Positions 54,654 to 63,698 are shown, counted from the first letter of the stretch. The stretch: 64,000 nucleotides of DNA from Parachlamydiales bacterium (GCA_963704365.1 OY969899.1:311741-375740); one strand, 5' to 3'. Notes: generated by a model from the letters alone, not told the origin. Numbers and translations: made by a program.

Positions 54654-55913
54654 ATGCAAAAACTTTCTGATATTCTGACCCGTTTAGAGCCTTGCAAAGT
54701 ATTGGTTGCTGGAGACCTTTTACTTGATCGGTACACCATTGGCCAAGCAAAGAGGGTTTCACCTGAGGCACCTGTACTGGTTTTGCAAGTCGAGTCGGAA
54801 GAAGTTCGACCTGGCGGAGCGGGCAACGTGATGCTTAACCTCCTCTCGCTTGGCGCAGAGGTCGTTGCTGTTGGTCGGGTAGGAAAGGACCCATCAGGTA
54901 TGGTTTTAAAACACCTTCTTGAAGAAAATGGGATTGAATCGGCATTTGTTGTAGAAGAAGAAGGTTATCTTACCCCAACAAAAAATAGGCTGATTGCTGA
55001 TAGGCAACAGCTGACACGTGTAGACCATGAAAGGAATACACCTTTAATCCCTTATCTTCAAAACACACTTATCCAGCAGCTCGATAAAGCATTAGAGGGC
55101 TGCTCCGCCATCGCATTATCAGACTATGGGAAAGGCTTTTTGACCGATCCATTGATTGCAGCTCTTATACAAAAAGGTAAAGCACTTGGCATCCCTGTGA
55201 TAGTAGATCCCAAAGGGCATAATTACCAAAAATATGCCGGTTGTACGTTGATAAAACCGAACCGGAAAGAGGCTGTTGAAGTTTCTCCTCTTAAAGGGAC
55301 TCACTCCATTGAGTCTCACGGAGAGGCCCTTCTCCGTTTTCTCGATGCTGAGGCTCTCTTGATCACATTAGGGGAGGAGGGGAGCGCTCTTTTTAAGAAA
55401 GATGCGCCTACTCAAATGTTCCCCGTTATGAAACGGGAAGTGCGGGACGTCACTGGTGCAGGGGACACGGTTCTTGCAGCGTTGACAGTCGCGGTTGCTT
55501 GCGGTCTTTCTTTTGAAGAGGCCGTTTTCCTCGGGAATATTGCTGCTGGGCTGGCGGTCGAACGGTTCGGTTGTGCGAGGATTTCCCTGGCCGATATCTC
55601 CTATTACTTGTTGAAGGAGCACCATACTTCCAAGCTCTTTGATACAAGCCATCTCTTTGCATTGAAGGCAGCTCTGAAAGGGAAAAATTATCACTTAGTC
55701 CATTTGAAAAGCGGCGACGCTTTAACGACCGAGTTTCTCTCGACCTTGCGTCAGATTAAAAAATCTGGAGAGCTGCTATTGGTCCATCCAGAAACGCCGC
55801 AACCAGCCCTTCTAGAGCATCTTGTCTGTTTGGAAATGGTGGATGGTGTATTGCTTGGAGATGAGATCGATTCTCTTATAGCCCTATGCCCCAACAAACT
55901 TATCCGCTTCTAA
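54654..55913 (+). CDS. hldE: D-glycero-beta-D-manno-heptose-7-phosphate kinase (HldE/RfaE domain I) with a degenerate domain II
   Basis: VLVAGDLLLDRY...RVSPEAPVLV...RPGGAGNV and DVTGAGDTVLAAL (PfkB kinase). The C-terminal ~100 aa keeps the cytidylyltransferase-like layout but lacks the GxFDxxHxGH nucleotide-binding motif. Confidence 0.85.
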   Translation: MQKLSDILTRLEPCKVLVAGDLLLDRYTIGQAKRVSPEAPVLVLQVESEEVRPGGAGNVMLNLLSLGAEVVAVGRVGKDPSGMVLKHLLEENGIESAFVVEEEGYLTPTKNRLIADRQQLTRVDHERNTPLIPYLQNTLIQQLDKALEGCSAIALSDYGKGFLTDPLIAALIQKGKALGIPVIVDPKGHNYQKYAGCTLIKPNRKEAVEVSPLKGTHSIESHGEALLRFLDAEALLITLGEEGSALFKKDAPTQMFPVMKREVRDVTGAGDTVLAALTVAVACGLSFEEAVFLGNIAAGLAVERFGCARISLADISYYLLKEHHTSKLFDTSHLFALKAALKGKNYHLVHLKSGDALTTEFLSTLRQIKKSGELLLVHPETPQPALLEHLVCLEMVDGVLLGDEIDSLIALCPNKLIRF

Positions 55914-55918
55914 GAAAA

Positions 55919-56155
55919 TAGCAGGATGGACAGGCATACGCATCAACTTAAGGAACACCAATTTCTCAACAATCTGTTAAAAGCAAATTACTTACAAAGA
56001 AACGTTTAGAAATCAATTTAGTCAAAACGGCTTAAATCTTCGAAGAAAGGCCCAAGATTACTCTCTGTGCTCTCCGTGAGCTCTGTGGTGATCTTTTTTT
56101 TATTTTTTACCACAGAGCTCACAGAGAGAGGATTTTGAATTGCCCCTTCTAGAAT
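55919..56155. repeat. ~235-bp intergenic repeat, copy C (contains hairpin core 56061..56130)
   Basis: Reverse complement of copy B (42803..43036). It abuts the IS21-type end at 56156. Confidence 0.85.
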
Positions 56156-56211
56156 TGTCAAGCGACAGCGTAAACTGATCCACTTGCGACATTGAAAAGT
56201 GATCCACCCCC
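56156..56211 (+). mobile_element. IS21-family terminal inverted repeat (left end, no adjacent transposase)
   Basis: TGTCAAGCGACAGCGTAAACTGATCCACTTGCGACATTGAAAAGTGATCCACCCCC matches the reverse complement of 62266..62325 at about 50 of 56 positions. It has a TGTCA terminus and an internally repeated GATCCAC motif, as in IS21 ends. Confidence 0.75.
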
Positions 56212-56364
56212 TTCAAAGAGGGTATGTATGCAAGTTGATAAAATCTCTGCTAATCCAAATGGAGGCAACAGAGATCAAATGGAACCACCTAGCATGGTTG
56301 ATAAAATTCTAGAGTTGTCTTCTTTCGGTTGGGGTAAGAGTTGCCAGTCTTTGTTGATTTTCTC

Positions 56365-56796
56365 TCACAGTAGTTTCAAGGATACCTTCCAGTTTTTTTT
56401 ACTGATTAAAGAAATACTTGCCCCTAAACCAACTAAAACGTAGAAGAGACCAAGAACTGTGACTTCCCATGGAAAAACATTTTCCATGTAGCCAGTATCA
56501 TGAAAACCAGTTCTACTAGCGTATGTCATTTCAGCGTGCACAATGCCGCCGACGGATGATGTCGCTACTACACCAAAAGTGCCCAGGTCAATCAAGAATG
56601 TCCCTACTTTGTGAGCAGTTCGTTTAGCAGGAGGTAAGTTTTCTATTGCCGCCTCCATCTGCTTCTTTGAAAGGTTTTGTGGAAATTCTGCTCCTATGGC
56701 TCCTCTAGCTAGAACGATAGGAGCTGCGGCTGGAATTACATGCGAAGCAACACCCACTCCCCAAATACCCAAAGTTACATAGTCACTAACGCTCAT
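56365..56796 (-). CDS. hypothetical membrane protein
   Basis: 143-aa ORF with Gly/Ala-rich hydrophobic segments at both ends. No family recognised. Confidence 0.5.
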   Translation of the reverse strand: MSVSDYVTLGIWGVGVASHVIPAAAPIVLARGAIGAEFPQNLSKKQMEAAIENLPPAKRTAHKVGTFLIDLGTFGVVATSSVGGIVHAEMTYASRTGFHDTGYMENVFPWEVTVLGLFYVLVGLGASISLISKKNWKVSLKLL

Positions 56797-57030
56797 AATT
56801 TAACCTAATTGGTGGATTTGTCATGTGATTTGTCATAAGGCACGAACTTTAGCGAAAAGTGTTAGTTTTGGCAAGTTAGGAGGTAGGTTTGGTCAATGCA
56901 TTCACTCCCGATAAAGATCCGAAGGTGGCAAACGTCTTCGAAATAGCGTCAAGGTGCTTAGACTCAGAAAATCCTTTTGGTAGTACAATCATAAAAATCA
57001 AAAAAATTATCTTAAAAAAATGGTTTTAAA

Positions 57031-59736
57031 TTGACTCAGCCTTACTCCTTTCCTTTCACGCTAGCCTCTTCAGGAAATCTTACTCTCTACACTGACGGAA
57101 TGTGCCAAGTGTTCGGTACAATCAACGGCAGAAAAGTAGAAGCAAAGTGGCTTCCAAGAATGCAAACCTTATCCGACATAGAAAAGTGGGTAGAGAAGCT
57201 AAAAGATTGTACTCTTTACCAGGTCAGAGGAGAGGTTTGGGTGAGCGGGTGGTTGAAGAGGAAGAAAACAGGCGGCCAGCAAACAACTTTAGAAAAGGTG
57301 CAATCTCTTGCAGAAGCTATGCATGGAGCTAACGAGACCTTATCCAAAGACGCTCTTGAACAAGCTAAAAAGTGTGAGGAAAGTGGGAGAAAAGCCCTTA
57401 AAGACAATGACCTAAAAACGGCACACAATCAGTTCAAGCGAGCCCTGCTTATTCAAAGGCCGCTCTTTTCAGGAAAAGAGCGCGCTGCACTCATCCCCAG
57501 CCTCAGAAGTTTGGCTGAAATAGCCTCTCGTCAGGCGGCCCACTCTATAGCTCTCCTCTACAATGAGGAGATACTTTCGATCTGCAGGGAAACATATGGA
57601 AGCTCTCATGTCGAGGTTGCAAAAGCGTGCAGTAGTGTAGGTGAAAGCTACATGGGAATAGATGATTACGCAAATGCTTTACCAATGTTAATGTCCGCTG
57701 TTTCTTTTTTTGAAAAGGATAAAAACGGATTCCTAAACTATTTCCAAACACTAAGCCAGCTCGCTAAGTGCCATTTTCAGCTTAAAGAATATGAAAAAAC
57801 CCTTCAAAACATTGACAGAGTGGCCCAACTATTCAAGCCGGGTAGACAATTCCCTAAAGACTCTGTTTACCAACTGCAATTGATTAAAAGGCAATCAGAA
57901 ATACTCCTTGAAAGAGAAACGGTAGGTAATTTATTCTGCCTTCCATTTTTGAAGGGCAACTTTTCTGACCCTTTAACTGCCGAAGCAGCTTTTCAAATAG
58001 GAAAAACCTGTCTTATACATAATCCTAAAAGTTCAGTTGCCGTAGATTTTTTCAATCTGGCTTTAAATCTATTTTCTAATACAGAAGAGGTTGGTAGATT
58101 TGAATGTCACATGGCATTAGGTGACTTTTACAGAAGATGCGATAGGTTAAAAGATGCTGCAAATCAGTATCAAGCAGCCGATAAAGTTATATCGGAAGAT
58201 TTTATCAACTATGGGAGAAAAGCCACCTGTAACTTTAGCCTAGGTTGCATTTATGAACAAATGGGTTACTTGAAAGAAGCCTATGCATCTTTTCTTAATG
58301 CTTATTTTTTAATCCACTACGGATCAAATCCTCCAAAAAATCTTTTTTCACAGTGTGTTACTAAACTCCTAGTCCTTTCCTCAAATGAAAATGCAACACA
58401 TTCAACCCCTGTTATCAGCGCCAAATGGGAAGAACAGGCCTCTTTTCTTGAGGCAGCTTCAAAAAAAGATGAAGAACTTAAAAAGTTTGATGAGGCGATA
58501 ACAAAGCTGGAAGAGGCTTTAGTAATAAGAAGTGCAAAATCTGATAAAAAAGACAGTTCGGCAAAACAAAAAATAGCAGATCTACACCTCAAAATAGCCG
58601 GGCTCTATTCAGATGAGCAACTAAATCCCTTTAAAGCAGAGCCCCATTACGAAGCTTATTTAGATTGGTGTAAAGTGTATGAAAATGCCGTGCACCTTTG
58701 TAGAGCTTATTTCGAAGTTGCTAACTGCAAAAATAAAGTAAGGAAGAAAGAGGAGGCGCTCAAAAATGGGAAAGAGGCGCTTCGTCTTCTTAACAGCCTA
58801 CAGCTTCAAGAGGTGACAAGATACTTGCCAGCTGTCATTCATCATGGTTTAGGTGAAGCCTTTGGTAGCGATTTTATCGAGAGATCAATTGAGCATTTTG
58901 AAACGGCTATTAGGCTTTATAGTGACATTGGCGAGTATAGAGACTCAAAAGCTCAAGCTTATATACAATTAGCTCAACTCTTCGTCTTAAAAAATGATGA
59001 AATTAAAGCAATTGACTTATTGAAAAAAGGGATAACGCTGTACGAGAAATTGTCAAACACTCGAACGCGTGTATTCGAGGCAAAGGAGTTATTGCGTTAC
59101 TTAGAGTCAGATAAGCGGGTTTCTGATTGGTTGCAACTTTTCGATCAAAGAGCAGATGAATATGCCCAATCGAACCAGCTGCAAGAAGAGTTGGCTGAAC
59201 GTAAAAAGAGTTTGGAACTTTTACTTAAATTTTATGGAGACAAAAACCATCCCAAAATTGCCCAAACCTATTTCGAACTTGCCGTTAGATACCTCAAGCA
59301 AAAACACAAGGAAAAGGCACGTGAATGTTTAGAAGCATACCTTCCGATCGTTGAAAAGCTTTTTAGTGCAGATTTTGTTGGTATTGCGTTTTGTTGTTTA
59401 AAATTGGGTGAAATCGATGCTGCTGAAAACAACCCCTTACAGGCGATTATCCAATTCGAAAAGTCTAAAGCGATATTTGAGAAAAGTAGGATGGAAGAGC
59501 CTCTAGCTGAAACCCTCTATAAAATGGCTTTTGCCTGGTATCAATTTGGGCACTACCCGGCGGCTATAAGTTATTACGAGAGGGCGCTTGCCCTTTCGGA
59601 TAAGCTGACAGTAAACCCAGTTTTTTCCCAGCGTCAAGATTTAGTCCGTAAATTAGAAGATAGGCGTTTAGAGAAACTAAAGAGGCAAACTCTCCCCCCT
59701 AAAGTTGATGTCGAATGGATCGGCGGTGTCGATTAA
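57031..59736 (+). CDS. large tetratricopeptide-repeat protein (901 aa) with unassigned ~95-aa N-terminal domain
   Basis: Many 34-42-aa helical repeats with TPR-type A/Y/L spacing (e.g. AQAYIQLAQLFVLKNDEIKAIDLLKKGITLYEKL, AETLYKMAFAWYQFGHYPAAISYYERALAL). TTG start at 57031. The first in-frame ATG is at 57100. Confidence 0.75.
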   Translation: MTQPYSFPFTLASSGNLTLYTDGMCQVFGTINGRKVEAKWLPRMQTLSDIEKWVEKLKDCTLYQVRGEVWVSGWLKRKKTGGQQTTLEKVQSLAEAMHGANETLSKDALEQAKKCEESGRKALKDNDLKTAHNQFKRALLIQRPLFSGKERAALIPSLRSLAEIASRQAAHSIALLYNEEILSICRETYGSSHVEVAKACSSVGESYMGIDDYANALPMLMSAVSFFEKDKNGFLNYFQTLSQLAKCHFQLKEYEKTLQNIDRVAQLFKPGRQFPKDSVYQLQLIKRQSEILLERETVGNLFCLPFLKGNFSDPLTAEAAFQIGKTCLIHNPKSSVAVDFFNLALNLFSNTEEVGRFECHMALGDFYRRCDRLKDAANQYQAADKVISEDFINYGRKATCNFSLGCIYEQMGYLKEAYASFLNAYFLIHYGSNPPKNLFSQCVTKLLVLSSNENATHSTPVISAKWEEQASFLEAASKKDEELKKFDEAITKLEEALVIRSAKSDKKDSSAKQKIADLHLKIAGLYSDEQLNPFKAEPHYEAYLDWCKVYENAVHLCRAYFEVANCKNKVRKKEEALKNGKEALRLLNSLQLQEVTRYLPAVIHHGLGEAFGSDFIERSIEHFETAIRLYSDIGEYRDSKAQAYIQLAQLFVLKNDEIKAIDLLKKGITLYEKLSNTRTRVFEAKELLRYLESDKRVSDWLQLFDQRADEYAQSNQLQEELAERKKSLELLLKFYGDKNHPKIAQTYFELAVRYLKQKHKEKARECLEAYLPIVEKLFSADFVGIAFCCLKLGEIDAAENNPLQAIIQFEKSKAIFEKSRMEEPLAETLYKMAFAWYQFGHYPAAISYYERALALSDKLTVNPVFSQRQDLVRKLEDRRLEKLKRQTLPPKVDVEWIGGVD

Positions 59737-60168
59737 TTTAAATAGCAAAAGAGCTTTGAATTGTGGATCGAGCTATCTTAAGACTGCCCCGGTCTTTAAG
59801 ATTGAAGATTCTAAACTAAAAACCTTACAATAATTACCAATTAGCAAATCTATTGGTTTTATGGCTACTGTTGGAACTTCCCACTTACGCTTCTCTATTT
59901 GATGATTCAGCATCACCTTCCAATTCGCAGACATCTCATAACATAGCAATTCAAGAAATCGCCGAAGAGAACTTACGACTGGCAATAAAACGGAGAAGGA
60001 GTTCTAGACTCAACGGAGGATGCCAGGTTCAAATAGAATTTAGATCTGGCGTGGAAATTTCACAAAATACTGACCCTTCCCTTTTTAAATTTAATAATAG
60101 TGCATTTGTTACACGTCGAGATATTCACATCCAAAGGCTGGAAGAGAAAAAGCACCTGTGGAATCGTT

Positions 60169-61392
60169 TTAGTACATATATCCCCATGAAAGCGAGAGAG
60201 ATATGCTTCGCTTTTCTCCTGTAAACCGCCCTCCTCCTAATGTTGGTGGCATCAATCCAGAAACTGTGTTTTTAAAGCCATAGATCAATCCCGCAAAGAC
60301 GTTATGTTTTTTGTAATTGAAGTTAGCTGCGACGGAAAGGGAGTCATATATGGTTTGCAACATGTAGGAGTGGGAAATAAGGTAGGGACTTTTACGAGGT
60401 AATCGTATTCTGTGAGACAGGCCGGCTCCAACAGATAACATGGGATTAAATAGGTAACCAGTTCCGATGTTGATGTAGGTTGCATCATTTAGTCCGGGCC
60501 CTGGCGATTGATCTGAGCCACGCTTGTTCATGTTCAGGCTTCCATCTGGCAAAAGATTGTTATTCGCGCCAGGTAAATTGCCAAGGTTCGTCCAAAGGAC
60601 TTCTAGGCGTCCTCCAAATTTTGGAGTGAACCGATAGGTGAATCCTGCACCTAGTGTTTGTGGTGCAAAATTTTTTGCGTGGTGGGGTTCATACCCTTGG
60701 TATTTTCGATACTGTCCGCAATAGCTTTTTCTTGCCCAAGCTGTTCCAAAATTTAAGTTTTCTGTGATCTTCCATCTCCAGCCAATACTGAACCCAACTC
60801 CATCTGAATGATCGTTTCCATTGTTTGTCACATTTCCAGGGGAAACGGACTTGGAAGAATTGTCTGAATGTTGAAAACCATTTCTACAGTGAGAAAAACG
60901 GTAATAATCGATAGAAAAACCAAGAGAATGGGCAGGGTTAAGCTTAAATGAAAAAATTCCAGAAATCGCATCAGTTCTATTCCATACGTAAATGGGGGTA
61001 GTTCCACTTAGGGGAAACGGTACTTTCGACTGTACTTTGGTGTATGAGGGTAGGGTATAAGCTGCCAGGCTGAAAGAGGCGCAAAATGTATCGATGTTTA
61101 CTTGTTTGTGTATTGCAGCATCTACAGTAAATAAGTTCCTAACCCTATACGAGAGATCTGTTTTACCCAAAGGAAAAAACGGATTGTTGTCACGGTTTGT
61201 CAGGCTTGATTTTTGATGAACCCAAAAAGTTCCGACATCAAAACGGTCTTTGAGCCATACAGCATTGGCAGGATTGACAACGCCTGCAAAAGCATTTTCC
61301 CCTACTGAAAAAGCGTTAAGGCGCCCTCCTGCAAGGGCTCCATAAGTTGAATGGACTGTGAATAGGCTAAGGACGAGCAGATACTTCATCAT
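60169..61392 (-). CDS. outer-membrane beta-barrel protein, FadL/OmpP1/TodX-like (MOMP-like)
   Basis: Signal peptide MMKYLLVLSLFTVHSTYG, then GENAFAGVVNPANAVWL (FadL-type NPA motif), alternating beta-strand pattern, and aromatic C-terminus ...SLSWGYMY. The track N-terminal extension to 61608 is rejected. Confidence 0.75.
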   Translation of the reverse strand: MMKYLLVLSLFTVHSTYGALAGGRLNAFSVGENAFAGVVNPANAVWLKDRFDVGTFWVHQKSSLTNRDNNPFFPLGKTDLSYRVRNLFTVDAAIHKQVNIDTFCASFSLAAYTLPSYTKVQSKVPFPLSGTTPIYVWNRTDAISGIFSFKLNPAHSLGFSIDYYRFSHCRNGFQHSDNSSKSVSPGNVTNNGNDHSDGVGFSIGWRWKITENLNFGTAWARKSYCGQYRKYQGYEPHHAKNFAPQTLGAGFTYRFTPKFGGRLEVLWTNLGNLPGANNNLLPDGSLNMNKRGSDQSPGPGLNDATYINIGTGYLFNPMLSVGAGLSHRIRLPRKSPYLISHSYMLQTIYDSLSVAANFNYKKHNVFAGLIYGFKNTVSGLMPPTLGGGRFTGEKRSISLSLSWGYMY

Positions 61393-61731
61393 GATTCTAA
61401 GAATAGAACGACAGCTATATAGAAAAAAGCTGATAAAATAAAAGCGTTTAAGCTGCCGGAAAGATGACCTGAGGTGTTCCCAGAAATACCACCATCTAAA
61501 CTTAGATCTCTCAAGCAAAGATAGGTGACTTCTTTCCCTTAGGAACACCAGAACAACAAGAACACTTTTTACTCCACATCTGGAGTTGCTCCTATGAAAG
61601 CGGACCACCTAGGCAGCCGGTTTATTCTCTCAATCGGCGGATCCTCTACATCCCAAGCACCCTCTTCCTCCAAACAATGTACTTGGAATAGGTTTGTTGT
61701 AAGGACCGTTGCCCAAAATTCCTGCAAAATT

Positions 61732-62107
61732 GCTTCTGTCCCTATGATCACACAGTTGGCGCAGGCTCATCAAGAGGGTCGATTGGAAGAGAAGATCAGT
61801 CATTATTCAAAGCCTAAACTTTTGATCATCGATGAGCTTGGCTATTTGCCTTTTGATCCGAAGGCTGCGCATCTTTTTTTTCAGTCTGATTTCGCGCCGT
61901 TATGAAAAAGGGAGCGTGCTAATTACGAGTAATCGTCCTGTAATTGAGTGGGGTGAGGTGTTTGGTGACGCTGTGGCAGCGACGGCTATTTTGGATCGTC
62001 TTTTGCACCACAGTCAAGTCATAACAATACGTGGGGAGAGCTATCGACTTAAGGAGAAGAGAAAATCTGGCTTATTGAAACCATTGCAAAGTGGAGCTGT
62101 AATTTAA
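61732..62107 (+). pseudogene. istB: IS21-family istB (helper ATPase) remnant: 5'-truncated and frameshifted
   Basis: MITQLAQAHQEGRLEEKISHYSKPKLLIIDELGYLPFDPKAAHLFFQ, then a shift near the T8 run (~61873-61885) into LISRRYEKGSVLITSNRPVIEWGEVFGDAVAATAILDRLLHHSQVITIRGESYRLKEKRKSG. The Walker A region is absent. A 24-bp perfect palindrome CTCCCTCCCCCTAGGGGGAGGGAG follows at 62121..62144. Confidence 0.85.
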
Positions 62108-62265
62108 AATGTTTAATTTACTCCCTCCCCCTAGGGGGAGGGAGATTGTCTTTTCCCTTTTGGGAGGAGAAAGTACTTAGTCTTATGGTCTACCTGAAGT
62201 TATATAGCAGCTAGGTAGCTATAACCCTTGAGCTGGCAGAAGCCAAATGAACTATCAATAAAAAA

Positions 62266-62325
62266 GGGGGTGGGTGGATCACTTTTCAATGTCGGGGGTG
62301 GATCAGTTTCTGGTGTCGCTTGACA
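62266..62325 (-). mobile_element. IS21-family terminal inverted repeat (right end, downstream of the istB remnant)
   Basis: The reverse complement reads TGTCAAGCGACACCAGAAACTGATCCACCCCCGACATTGAAAAGTGATCCACCC..., matching 56156..56211. Confidence 0.8.
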
Positions 62326-62668
62326 GCTGCCAAAGAATGGCCAACGGCATGTCTAAAGCAAAGTATGCTGGCTTTTGTGACATGATTAGGCCTCGTATTT
62401 TAATGACAGGTTTATGGTCCATACCAACAACTTGCATATAGTCTCTAAAGACCACGACCTCTTTTAAATTCTTATAAAATTCTCCCCATTCCTCTTTCTT
62501 AAAGGGGGTAAGTTTTTTATCTGGTGTGAGTGTAGAAAAGTCTATTCTGTCAAATAACGCTATCAGCTGTTCTGCCAATAATTTTATTTCAGTGTGATGC
62601 ATCAAGCTTAATTGGCGGTTCGCATTGTCTTGTGCAGCGGCGACGAATGTAGTTACAGCAGTGGTCAT
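62303..62668 (-). CDS. hypothetical protein whose last codons and stop lie inside the IS21 end (probably truncated by insertion)
   Basis: The ORF crosses the IS boundary at 62325/62326. The C-terminal ...SSDTRN-stop is encoded by the TGTCAAGCGACACCAGAAACTGA of the inverted repeat. Confidence 0.45.
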   Translation of the reverse strand: MTTAVTTFVAAAQDNANRQLSLMHHTEIKLLAEQLIALFDRIDFSTLTPDKKLTPFKKEEWGEFYKNLKEVVVFRDYMQVVGMDHKPVIKIRGLIMSQKPAYFALDMPLAILWQLSSDTRN

Positions 62669-62835
62669 GTCGATATCCTCGATTGAATTATCCTATTAAC
62701 AATATCAATTAAAAAATGATGTGGAATTTGCTTCAAGCATCTTTATGTCAATGACATGCGATCAATCATTCAATTTAATTAATAAGTAATTCAATTAACT
62801 GGTATAGGACAGTTAAATGAATTCTGAGGTTAATT

Positions 62836-63519
62836 ATGGACTCCGTTGTAAAACCATTAAGCATTGGTGTTGCACTAAGGCAAGCCTGGGTCGGATTTAA
62901 AAACAATTTATCTTTCTATCTTGTTTCTGTCCTGGTTCTTCTGGCTGTTCAGCTTGGGTATTCCTATTATATGGGAGACTTAGCAACACCAGATATGACG
63001 ACAGAGGATAATGGTGAAATCATTGCGGCTTTATTACCTCCGGGCACCATGTTTGCTCATTTCTTAGGGTTCTTAGCCTATATCATCTTCCTGCTCGGTT
63101 TTTTTCTTGGGATATTTCGTGCTTCTATCGAAGTGATCCGCGGTGGTATAGCCTCACTTGCCCACTATTTCCGGTCGCCTGCCGATCTTTGGAAATTCTT
63201 TGTTGGTTATATTCTCTATGCTTTGATTATTTTGGCTGGCATTATTCTCTTAGTATTTCCTGCAATTATTTGGGGGGTTAAATTCTCTCTTTTTCCTTAT
63301 CTTGTAGCTGACAAGCATGCTAGCGGATTGGCATCTCTCAAGCTCTCTGCCAAAGCCACAATGGGGGCAAAATGGGACCTTCTTGGCTTCTATATGATTA
63401 TCCAACTTCTTTGGCTTGCTGCGGCATTGACCATTGGCCTTGGTTTGTTTATTGTAACGCCTTTGTGGGCACTGACTAAAGCTGCCTTCTATGTTTCTTT
63501 GACAAAGGATCAAGCATGA
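62836..63519 (+). CDS. hypothetical polytopic membrane protein
   Basis: Five to six hydrophobic helices. Good ATG context (GAGG...ATG). Confidence 0.6.
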   Translation: MDSVVKPLSIGVALRQAWVGFKNNLSFYLVSVLVLLAVQLGYSYYMGDLATPDMTTEDNGEIIAALLPPGTMFAHFLGFLAYIIFLLGFFLGIFRASIEVIRGGIASLAHYFRSPADLWKFFVGYILYALIILAGIILLVFPAIIWGVKFSLFPYLVADKHASGLASLKLSAKATMGAKWDLLGFYMIIQLLWLAAALTIGLGLFIVTPLWALTKAAFYVSLTKDQA

Positions 63520-63698
63520 GATTTATTCTCAATTTTTTCTTATTCGGGTTCATTTTCTTCCTGATATGGTATTATTTTCCTGAAGCTTTCAAAACGCTTG
63601 TGGGTTGGGCTGAACAAGTTTGGACTTTCATTCTCGATGCGGTCCATTCAGTGTTCTCAAAAAGTGAAGCTCCTCCAGCAAACCCTAAAGTTATTTAA
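63516..63698 (+). CDS. hypothetical small membrane protein
   Basis: The ATGA overlap with the upstream stop suggests translational coupling. One TM helix (ILNFFLFGFIFFLIWYYF). Confidence 0.4.
   Translation: MRFILNFFLFGFIFFLIWYYFPEAFKTLVGWAEQVWTFILDAVHSVFSKSEAPPANPKVI

Noticed and set aside
56192-56443. 83-aa plus-strand ORF starting inside the IS21 left end
   Set aside because: It has a non-canonical start, overlaps the IS terminal repeat and the 3' end of the minus-strand membrane-protein gene, and has poor composition.
59773-60224. ORFs 59773..59985 (-) and 59853..60224 (+) between the TPR gene and the porin gene
   Set aside because: They overlap each other in a convergent intergenic region. 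The second runs into the porin 3' end. There are no motifs.
61393-61731. N-terminal extension of the porin ORF (to 61608) and the first 46 codons of ORF 61594..61905
   Set aside because: The porin has a textbook signal peptide at the MMKYLL start (61392). The IstB homology begins only near 61732, so the upstream codons are fortuitous.
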